DNA of 32,000 nucleotides from Vibrio vulnificus CMCP6 (GTDB lineage Bacteria; Pseudomonadota; Gammaproteobacteria; Enterobacterales; Vibrionaceae): NCBI RefSeq assembly GCF_000039765.1, contig NC_004459.3, positions 1,080,001 to 1,112,000 of the forward strand, read 5' to 3'. Shown piece by piece: positions 24,888 to 32,000 of this stretch (position 1 is its first letter; each line of letters starts with the position of its first letter). The notes under the pieces were generated by a model. It saw only the letters and a program-made list of their open reading frames with translations, ran no database searches and was not told where the DNA came from. The position numbers and the translations under genes were made by a program.

Positions 24888-24917
24888 CTTACTTTGATTG
24901 TCACTGTGCTTCGCGCC

Positions 24918-26273
24918 TTAGCGCATGGTAACGAATTCTTCCGAACCGGTTGGGTGGATAGCCACAACCGAGTCGAAATCGGCTTTGGTTGCACCCATCT
25001 TCATCGCGACACCGAAACCTTGAATCATTTCGTCCACCGCGAAACCGATGCCGTGCAGGCCAACCACTTTCTCATCTTCACCCGCACATACGAGCTTCAT
25101 CTTGCATGGCTGACGGTGTTGGGTCACGGCGGTGTACATCGCAGTAAAGCCTGATGTGTACACTTTCACGTTCTCTTCACCATATTGAGCGATCGCTTCT
25201 GGCTCAGAAAGACCAATGGTGCCGATAGGTGGGTGGCTGAACACGACAGTTGGGACCAAGTCATAGTCCATCTTCGCGTTGGGTTTGTTGTTGAACAGGC
25301 GCTCAGAAAGCTGACGACCCGCTTTCACCGCAACAGGTGTGAGCTCGATACCGCCTTCCATAATGTCACCCACACAGTAGATGCCAGCAACGTTGGTTGC
25401 TTGGAACTCATCGACTTTGATGTAGCCGCGCTCGTTGGTTGCTACGCCGGTTGCGCTCAGGTTGATGGCATCAGTCGCTGGGTGACGGCCGATTGCCCAG
25501 ATAAGCTGATCAACGTTTTGGCTTTCACCGTTTTCTAGATGAAGCGTTAGGCTGCCATCGGCTTCTTTGACCACTTCTTTTGGTACCGAGTGGGTGTGCA
25601 GTGTTGGGCCTTCTGCCGCCATCACTTCCACTAAGGTGTCGATGATCATTGGGTCAAAGCTGCGCAGTGGCGACTCTTTACGGCAGAACAGATGGGTTTC
25701 TGTACCAAGGGCGTTGAGCACGCCAGCGATTTCCACCGCAATGTAACCCGCGCCAACGACAGCAACACGTTTTGGTTGCTCTGCAAGGTCGAAGAAGCCG
25801 TTTGAATCGATGCCGTATTCCGCGCCAGGGATGTTTGGAATGGTCGGGCGGCCACCCACAGCGATCAGAATGTGATCGGCGGTGTAGTGCTCACCGTTTA
25901 CTTCCACGGTTTTCTCATCGACAAACTTAGCGAAGCCTTTAATCACGTTGACTTTGTTGTTGCCTAGCACGCGATCGTAAGATTGGTGGATGCGGCCAAT
26001 GTACGCTTGGCGGCTCTCAACCAGTTTGCTCCAGTCGAAGCCTTTCACTTCCACATCAAAGCCGTAGTCAGGAGCGTATAGGCTCATCGCTTCTGCGATC
26101 TGCGCGCCATGCCACATCACTTTTTTCGGTACACAACCAACGTTCACACAAGTGCCGCCGAGATCTTTTGCTTCGATCAGCGCCACTTTCGCGCCATACA
26201 TCGCCGCACGGTTTGCTGAAGCGATGCCGCCACTGCCGCCGCCGATACAGATATAGTCAAAATGCGTTGCCAT
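24918..26273 (-). CDS. gor: Glutathione-disulfide reductase
   Basis: The FAD fingerprint GGGSGG and the redox-active disulfide motif [13 protein letters not shown] are present. The protein is 451 aa. An AGGAGA SD lies upstream. Confidence 0.95.
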   Translation of the reverse strand: MATHFDYICIGGGSGGIASANRAAMYGAKVALIEAKDLGGTCVNVGCVPKKVMWHGAQIAEAMSLYAPDYGFDVEVKGFDWSKLVESRQAYIGRIHQSYDRVLGNNKVNVIKGFAKFVDEKTVEVNGEHYTADHILIAVGGRPTIPNIPGAEYGIDSNGFFDLAEQPKRVAVVGAGYIAVEIAGVLNALGTETHLFCRKESPLRSFDPMIIDTLVEVMAAEGPTLHTHSVPKEVVKEADGSLTLHLENGESQNVDQLIWAIGRHPATDAINLSATGVATNERGYIKVDEFQATNVAGIYCVGDIMEGGIELTPVAVKAGRQLSERLFNNKPNAKMDYDLVPTVVFSHPPIGTIGLSEPEAIAQYGEENVKVYTSGFTAMYTAVTQHRQPCKMKLVCAGEDEKVVGLHGIGFAVDEMIQGFGVAMKMGATKADFDSVVAIHPTGSEEFVTMR

Positions 26274-26410
26274 TACTTTCTCCTGTCTGGCAGGGGCGAT
26301 TTACTCGCGTGCTCCCTGCGTATTTTTCATTCATTTCATTTTTATATGGAGGACAGATTGGTTGAACTCAATCTGTCGTACGGAAATTCTTTGGGTGTTG
26401 CGTCTCTCTT

Positions 26411-27250
26411 TTACTCAGGAACGATCCACTCTACCTTCCAATGACCGGTTGCCGGCGCAATTGCTTCCTTAAGGAAAGGCAAAATTTGTTGCATCTGGCT
26501 TTCTAGTTTCCAAGGTGGGTTAATCACAATCATGCCTGAAGCGGTCATGCCGCGCTCGTTGGTATCCGGTGACACGCCCAGCTCAATTTGCAGAATCTTG
26601 CGAATGCCTAGTCCTTCCAGCCCTTCTAACATGTCGTCGATGTCGCAGCGGTTGACCACAGGGTACCAAATCGCGTAGATGCCAGTTGCCCAGCGTTTGT
26701 GGCTTTGATAAATCGCTTGCACCACATCACGGTACTCTTTGGCCAACTCGTAAGGTGGGTCAATCAACACGAGACCACGGCGCTCTTGCGGTGGCAAGCT
26801 GGCTTTGAGGCGTTGAAAGCCGTCTTCTTTGTAAATGCTGACTTGGCGATCGCGGTGAAACTCTTGTTCCAGTAGCGGGTAATCGCTTGGATGGAGCTCT
26901 GTCAGAACCATGCGGTCTTGATCGCGCAATTGAGCACGTGCGACGCGTGGTGAGCCAGGGTAGTAACGCAGTTTATCGCCATTGTTGAGGGCTTTGATCG
27001 AATCGATATAGCTGGCGATGTCGGCAGGCAGATCGCTGCGATCCCAAATACGCGCGACGCCTTGTTTGTATTCGCCCGTTTTCTCTGACCATTCGTGGGT
27101 CAAATCGTAACGGCCAACGCCCGAATGAGTGTCATGGTAGACGAAGGGTTTGTCTTTTTGTTTTAGCGAGTCCAGAATCAAGCTCTGAACAATGTGTTTT
27201 ACCACGTCGGCATGGTTGCCGGCATGAAAGCTATGACGATAACTTAGCAA
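26411..27250 (-). CDS. rlmJ: 23S rRNA (adenine2030-N6)-methyltransferase RlmJ
   Basis: The N-terminus MLSYRHSFHAGNHADVVKH is essentially identical to E. coli RlmJ. The start codon is TTG at 27248-27250. Confidence 0.9.
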   Translation of the reverse strand: MLSYRHSFHAGNHADVVKHIVQSLILDSLKQKDKPFVYHDTHSGVGRYDLTHEWSEKTGEYKQGVARIWDRSDLPADIASYIDSIKALNNGDKLRYYPGSPRVARAQLRDQDRMVLTELHPSDYPLLEQEFHRDRQVSIYKEDGFQRLKASLPPQERRGLVLIDPPYELAKEYRDVVQAIYQSHKRWATGIYAIWYPVVNRCDIDDMLEGLEGLGIRKILQIELGVSPDTNERGMTASGMIVINPPWKLESQMQQILPFLKEAIAPATGHWKVEWIVPE

Positions 27251-27523
27251 AATTCACTCTCGTAACACTCTTGGTAGAGTGTGGTCAGGGATTAATAGGG
27301 CGATTATATACCCAACTGACGCCGATGTTCAGGATTCTCTCTGAGTCACAAAAAAGTTAATCGTCAATTCGTATTGAAATGTGAACCTTTAACCCTCATT
27401 TAGTATCAAAATGTAAGACCAATTGGCGACAGTCGAGGAAAATCGCGTATTATTATTGTGAATAAGCGAGCCATCGATGGACAGTTGGCCACGATACTGA
27501 AGAGTCAAACAAAAGGAATTTAT

Positions 27524-29566
27524 ATGTCTAATCCACTCCTTACTTTTACGGATCTGCCTCCGTTTTCTCAAATCAAGCCAGAGCATGTGTTTCCTGCGGT
27601 GGAACAGGCGATTGCCGATTGTCGTGCCAAGATTGAACAGGTGCTTGAAGGCAATAATACCCCTAGCTGGGAAACGGTGATTGCGCCGATCGAAGAAGTG
27701 GATGATCGTCTCAGCCGTATTTGGTCACCCGTGAGCCACATGAACTCTGTTGTCAACAGCGACGAGCTGCGCGACGCGTATGAAAGCTGCCTGCCAATGT
27801 TGTCGGAATACGGCACTTGGGTCGGCCAGCACAAAGGTCTGTTTGAAGCGTACAAAGCGATTAAAGCCAGCGAAGCGTTTGCCAAGTTGACCACAGCACA
27901 ACAGAAAACCATTACCGATGCATTGCGTGATTTTGAGCTATCAGGCATCGGTCTGCCTGCGGATGAGCAAAAGCGCTATGGCGAAATCAGCAAGCGTATG
28001 TCAGAGCTGAGCTCTAAGTTTTCCAACAACACGCTAGACGCCACCATGGGCTGGACCAAGCACATCACCGATGAGAAAGAGTTGGCAGGCATGCCGGAAT
28101 CGGCGTTGGCGGCCGCGAAAGCCGCCGCTGAAGCCAAAGAGCTCGACGGTTATTTGATCACGCTGGACGTGCCGTCTTACCTGCCAGTGATGACTTACTG
28201 TGACAACCAAGCTCTGCGCCGTGAAGTGTACGAAGCGTACGTGACTCGCGCGTCGGATCGCGGTCCAAATGCCGGTAAGTGGGACAACACCGAGATCATC
28301 AACGAGCAGTTGAAACTGCGTCATGAAATTGCTCGCATGCTTGGCTTTAACACCTACAGCGAAAAGTCTCTGGCGACCAAAATGGCGGAAAACCCAGCGC
28401 AAGTGTTGGGCTTCCTCAATGACTTAGCCACCAAAGCCAAACCACAAGGTGAGCGTGAAGTGGCAGAGTTGCGTCAGTTTGCTGAGCAAGAGTTTGGCGT
28501 GTCTGAACTCAATGTGTGGGATATCGCTTACTACAGCGAAAAACAAAAGCAGCACCTGTTCCAAATTTCGGATGAAGAACTGCGTCCGTACTTCCCTGAG
28601 TCGAAAGCCGTCAGCGGTTTGTTTGAAGTGCTCAAACGTGTGTTTGGCATGAGCGTGAAAGAGCGCGAAGGCATTGACGTTTGGCACAACTCAGTGCGTT
28701 TCTTCGATATTTTCGATGCGCAGGGCGCGCTGCGTGGCAGCTTCTACCTCGATCTCTATGCGCGTGAACACAAACGTGGCGGCGCTTGGATGGATGAATG
28801 CCGCGTGCGCCGTATTAACGCACAAGGCGAGCTGCAAACCCCAGTGGCGTACCTGACGTGTAACTTCAACCGCCCAATCGGCGACAAACCAGCGCTGTTT
28901 ACGCACGATGAAGTGGTCACCTTGTTCCACGAATTTGGCCACGGTATTCACCATATGCTGACTCAAGTCACCACGGGTGCGGTGTCTGGTATTAATGGTG
29001 TGCCTTGGGATGCGGTGGAGCTGCCAAGTCAGTTCCTAGAAAACTGGTGTTGGGAAGAGGAAGCGTTGGCGTTTATCTCTGGCCACTATGAAACGGGTGA
29101 GCCGCTGCCAAAAGCGATGCTAGAGAAGATGTTGGCGGCGAAGAACTTCCAATCGGCGATGGGCATTTTGCGTCAGCTTGAGTTCGGTCTGTTTGACTTC
29201 ACCCTGCACACTGAGTTTGACCCTGAAATTGGCCCACGCGTGCTCGAAACGTTGGCTGAAGTGAAGCAGAAAGTCGCGGTACTGCCAGCGGTCGAATGGG
29301 CGCGTTTCTCCCACAGCTTTGGCCACATTTTTGCGGGCGGTTACTGTGCGGGTTACTACAGCTACCTATGGGCAGAAGTGCTCTCTTCTGACGCATTCTC
29401 GCGTTTTGAGGAAGAAGGTATTTTTAATGCTGAGACAGGTCAGAGCTTCCTCAACCATATTCTTGAGATGGGTGGCAGCGAAGAGCCAATGGAGCTGTTC
29501 AAACGCTTCCGTGGCCGTGAACCACAAATCGATGCTTTGCTACGCCATTCCGGTATTGCGGCTTAA
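27524..29566 (+). CDS. prlC: Oligopeptidase A (M3 family)
   Basis: The HEFGH zinc motif is present (FHEFGHGIHH). From ATG 27524 with an AAGGAA SD the protein is 680 aa, matching E. coli PrlC length. The ORF-track GTG at 27458 was rejected. Confidence 0.95.
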   Translation: MSNPLLTFTDLPPFSQIKPEHVFPAVEQAIADCRAKIEQVLEGNNTPSWETVIAPIEEVDDRLSRIWSPVSHMNSVVNSDELRDAYESCLPMLSEYGTWVGQHKGLFEAYKAIKASEAFAKLTTAQQKTITDALRDFELSGIGLPADEQKRYGEISKRMSELSSKFSNNTLDATMGWTKHITDEKELAGMPESALAAAKAAAEAKELDGYLITLDVPSYLPVMTYCDNQALRREVYEAYVTRASDRGPNAGKWDNTEIINEQLKLRHEIARMLGFNTYSEKSLATKMAENPAQVLGFLNDLATKAKPQGEREVAELRQFAEQEFGVSELNVWDIAYYSEKQKQHLFQISDEELRPYFPESKAVSGLFEVLKRVFGMSVKEREGIDVWHNSVRFFDIFDAQGALRGSFYLDLYAREHKRGGAWMDECRVRRINAQGELQTPVAYLTCNFNRPIGDKPALFTHDEVVTLFHEFGHGIHHMLTQVTTGAVSGINGVPWDAVELPSQFLENWCWEEEALAFISGHYETGEPLPKAMLEKMLAAKNFQSAMGILRQLEFGLFDFTLHTEFDPEIGPRVLETLAEVKQKVAVLPAVEWARFSHSFGHIFAGGYCAGYYSYLWAEVLSSDAFSRFEEEGIFNAETGQSFLNHILEMGGSEEPMELFKRFRGREPQIDALLRHSGIAA

Positions 29567-29589
29567 CTCGATGAAGCAAACTAAGCATC

Positions 29590-29623
29590 ACAAGGTCAGC
29601 CTAACGGCTGGCCTTGTTTTTTG
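29590..29623 (+). terminator. Rho-independent terminator of prlC
   Basis: The stem is ACAAGGTCAGCC-TAAC-GGCTGGCCTTGT (12 bp, one G.U), followed by TTTTTT. Confidence 0.8.
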
Positions 29624-29646
29624 CGGTACGCTAAGTTTGTTGCGAG

Positions 29647-30111
29647 CTAAGGGTTGACGTTGCGATTGATCGGGTTTTGCAGCGAAATCAGCGTTTCGGT
29701 CGATTGCACTTCGTCGATCGCTTGCAGTTTGTCGATCAGCACAAATTGCAGTTCTTCAATCGACTTACACATCAACTTGACGAAGATGTTGTACGCGCCC
29801 GTGGTGTAATACGCTTCCACCACTTCATCCAATGCGTTGAGTTTTTCCAGCGCGGAATGATAGTCGCGCGCCGCATTGAGGTTGATGCCGATAAAACAGC
29901 ACACGTCGTAGCCGAGTTTTTTGGTGTTGACCACTACTTCGGTACCTTCAATGATCTCCGCCGCTTTCATCTTTTCGATGCGCACGTGAATGGTGGCAGG
30001 ACTGACGTTGAACTGTTTAGCCATCTCTGCATAAGGCGTTTTCGCGTCCGCCATCAGCGTTTTCAATATAGCGCGATCCAAATCATCAATCTTGGCATTG
30101 GCTGAATGCAT
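29647..30111 (-). CDS. asnC: Lrp/AsnC-family transcriptional regulator, AsnC-like
   Basis: Near-collinear with E. coli AsnC (DLDRAILKTLM...AEMAKQFNVSPATIHVRIEKMK...LGYDVCCFIGI...EAYYTTG...QSTETLISLQNPI). Confidence 0.88.
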   Translation of the reverse strand: MHSANAKIDDLDRAILKTLMADAKTPYAEMAKQFNVSPATIHVRIEKMKAAEIIEGTEVVVNTKKLGYDVCCFIGINLNAARDYHSALEKLNALDEVVEAYYTTGAYNIFVKLMCKSIEELQFVLIDKLQAIDEVQSTETLISLQNPINRNVNP

Positions 30112-30219
30112 TGTCTGTCCCTTTTCTAATCAGCATATGGGTATAATACTAACAAGGGCAGCTTATCTTTCACAATCAAGGTTTTTTGCTCATAGGCGGA
30201 ATGAGAGGAAGGTGAGCCA

Positions 30220-32000
30220 GTGCGATTTTGTTTTTCCATGTTGATAATGCTATGCAGCTTTTGGGCAAGTGCCCATGAGAAAAATATTTTAGTGGTGCAC
30301 TCTTACCACCAAGGTTTCTTTTGGACTGACTCCTTCCAGCTTGGCCTCGCACAAACACTCGGTGAGCGCGACATCGCTCTGCGTGTGCTTTATCTCGATA
30401 CCAAACGCAACCAAAGCGCCAGCTTTCTCAATCAGCTTTACTTTCTCTACAAAACCAAAGTGGAACAAGAACGCTTTGATGCGATTGTGGTGAGCGATAA
30501 TGTCGCACTGCAGTTGATGCAGCGTTTGGCGGAGCCACTGGCGGGCACGCCGGTGATTTTTGGTGGCATTAATAATTACACGCCAGAAATGCACGCGGGT
30601 TTGAATGCCACTGGCGTGATTGAAGATATTGATTTGCTGTCGAACGTGTCGCTGATTGAGCGTTTGCAGCCCCAAGCACAGCAAATTTTTGTGGTAACGG
30701 ACCATTCGATCACGGGCGTCGCGCTGCGCGCGCAGGTGGACAAGTTTTTGTCCCGCTATCCTGAGTATCAGCAAAAAGTACAACATTTAGTGCCGAATAC
30801 GCTGGCCGAGTTGATTGAGCGTGTGCAAACGCTCGATTTAGACAGCGCGGTGCTGTTTTGGGCTTATTACCGCGATGCCGATGGTACGTTGAGTGATGAT
30901 GACGATTGGCAGGAACTCAACCGCGTCAGCAGAGCACCGATCTACATGGTGCACGATCTCGGTCTTGGTCATGGCGCGGTCGGCGGTGTGATTCAAAGTG
31001 GTTACAAGCAAGGTTTTGCAACGGGTGAAGTGTTGAACCAAGTGCTGGGCTCACCCGCCTCACCTTTACCGAAAGTGAAGGTGGTGGAGCCTGACATCAA
31101 ACTGGATTATCAAGCCGTGGCGCGCTGGAAGTTAGGGGTGGAAGGCGAGCCAGCCTCGGTGTTGGTCAATAAACCCGAGCCATTTTCAGTGCGTTACGCG
31201 CAAGAGATCCGCCTCTACAGCGCGGTATTTGTGATGTTGGTGCTGGTGATTGTGCTGTTAGTCTATTACTTGCGCCGTATTCAACAGAGCGAAACGTTAG
31301 CGCGTGAAAGTCAATCGATGCTCGAGTCAATTTTCGACCAGAGTTTGCAATACATCGGTATTTTAGACCGAAACGGCTGCTTGGTTTCCAGCAATGCACA
31401 ATTGCAAGATCTGCTGTTTTTCCAAGGGGTGCCGCTAGATCGCCCTTTATGGCAACACCAACATTGGGAAGACGCATCTGCCTCTCGTTTGGCTGACTAT
31501 TTTTCTGCGACGGAAGCGCAACTGAGCACCTTTGAAGCGGAGATTTGGAGTCGCAATCTCGGCGCGATGATGCTTGAAGTGTCTCTCAAACCGCTGCATA
31601 GCGTGGGAGATCAGCGAGGACAATACTTGTTTGAAGCACGAGACATCACCTCACGAAAGTTGATGGAAGAGAAGCTCTACAAACGTGAGTCCAACTTACG
31701 CAATTACTATGAGCAGCAGCCGGTGATGATGGTGACGCTGGATAAAAACAATCGTATTCAGCAGGTAAACCGTTTTGCTCAGCAGCTACTGGGCTATCAA
31801 CCCTTAGAAATGCTCGGCCATCTGCTGCAAGAATTCTATTGTGATGCTCAAGCCATGACGCCAAGGCAAATGCTGCTGCAACCGACACCAGCACTGCAAG
31901 GGGTTTGGCGTCGAGAGATTGAGTATCGTCACCAAGACGGCAGCGCGGTGTGGATACGCGAAAACATTCGTCCATTGACCGAGTCCGGGCAAATTTTGAT
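30220..32000 (+). CDS. Sensor protein, 5' partial, running off the window end: periplasmic binding-protein-like domain, TM helix, two PAS domains (output domain not visible)
   Basis: I translated this by hand. The frame from GTG 30220 (SD AGGAAGG about 9 nt upstream) stays open to nt 32000. The signal/anchor is VRFCFSMLIMLCSFWASA|HE. The periplasmic domain starts KNILVVHSYHQGFFWTDSF.... The TM helix is LYSAVFVMLVLVIVLLVYYL (~31200-31270). PAS-like segments are MLESIFDQSLQYIGILDRNG... and YYEQQPVMMVTLDKNNRIQQVN...WRREIEYRHQDGSAVWIRENIRPL. The gene is absent from the ORF track only because it has no stop in the window. Confidence 0.8.
   Translation, partial: MRFCFSMLIMLCSFWASAHEKNILVVHSYHQGFFWTDSFQLGLAQTLGERDIALRVLYLDTKRNQSASFLNQLYFLYKTKVEQERFDAIVVSDNVALQLMQRLAEPLAGTPVIFGGINNYTPEMHAGLNATGVIEDIDLLSNVSLIERLQPQAQQIFVVTDHSITGVALRAQVDKFLSRYPEYQQKVQHLVPNTLAELIERVQTLDLDSAVLFWAYYRDADGTLSDDDDWQELNRVSRAPIYMVHDLGLGHGAVGGVIQSGYKQGFATGEVLNQVLGSPASPLPKVKVVEPDIKLDYQAVARWKLGVEGEPASVLVNKPEPFSVRYAQEIRLYSAVFVMLVLVIVLLVYYLRRIQQSETLARESQSMLESIFDQSLQYIGILDRNGCLVSSNAQLQDLLFFQGVPLDRPLWQHQHWEDASASRLADYFSATEAQLSTFEAEIWSRNLGAMMLEVSLKPLHSVGDQRGQYLFEARDITSRKLMEEKLYKRESNLRNYYEQQPVMMVTLDKNNRIQQVNRFAQQLLGYQPLEMLGHLLQEFYCDAQAMTPRQMLLQPTPALQGVWRREIEYRHQDGSAVWIRENIRPLTESGQIL

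Noticed and set aside
23155-24917. I looked for VSP-I-like content (CBASS/dncV-capV, deaminase), other defence genes, or mobility genes at the gor-proximal junction.
   Set aside because: Only the two small genes described are present. I saw no nucleotidyltransferase, patatin, nuclease, integrase or tRNA features.
30289-31975. Four minus-strand ORFs (30289-30786, 30838-31041, 31166-31477, 31646-31975) and 31804-31992.
   Set aside because: All lie antisense to a single uninterrupted plus-strand frame (30220 to the window end) encoding a coherent sensor protein. The track omitted that gene only because it has no stop in the window.
1-32000. A whole-window look for CRISPR repeats, tRNA/rRNA genes, IS elements and long direct or inverted repeats.
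   Set aside because: None were recognisable by eye. Short intergenic palindromes other than those listed (for example TACAAC-GT-GTTGTA near 5728-5741 and CACTCT-TGGT-AGAGTG near 27262-27277) are too short to interpret.

Overview
The window looks like a Vibrio-type gammaproteobacterial chromosome segment (organism inferred from protein similarity and synteny, not proven). It is about half GC by eye, with one clearly AT-rich islet. I found no rRNA, tRNA, CRISPR array, transposase or integrase.

- **191-5608:** a four-gene peptide-family ABC importer in gsiABCD order (fused double ATPase, family-5 binding protein, two permeases).
- **5795-17556:** an envelope and signalling block. It holds a SPOR-like secreted protein, a 908-aa cadherin-like outer-membrane lipoprotein and a beta-barrel OMP. 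A tight minus-strand operon encodes a Hanks Ser/Thr kinase, a secreted 479-aa protein, a kinase-associated ECF sigma factor and a membrane-anchored cadherin-like 533-aa protein. A coiled-coil membrane protein and an orphan receiver-domain protein follow.
- **17597-23217:** the gluconate / Entner-Doudoroff regulon (gntR, edd-gntK, divergent gntP-eda) with three recognisable GntR operator palindromes.
- **23218-24859:** an AT-rich two-gene islet, a leaderless peptidoglycan-binding/M23-like protein translationally coupled to a signal-peptide protein.
- **24918-32000:** housekeeping genes gor, rlmJ, prlC and asnC, then an open-ended sensor gene (periplasmic binding-protein-like domain, TM helix, two PAS domains). 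The ORF track misses this gene because it has no stop codon in the window.

The two most interesting loci are:
1. The sigma/kinase operon. The sigma lacks the acidic region-2.2 patch and has Ser-Thr-Thr (T63) there instead, which fits the EcfP/PknT sigma-phosphorylation paradigm. Its co-encoded envelope proteins are uncharacterised.
2. The AT-rich M23-like effector/immunity-style pair next to gor.

Several ORF-track starts are over-extended, and many antisense shadow ORFs were rejected.
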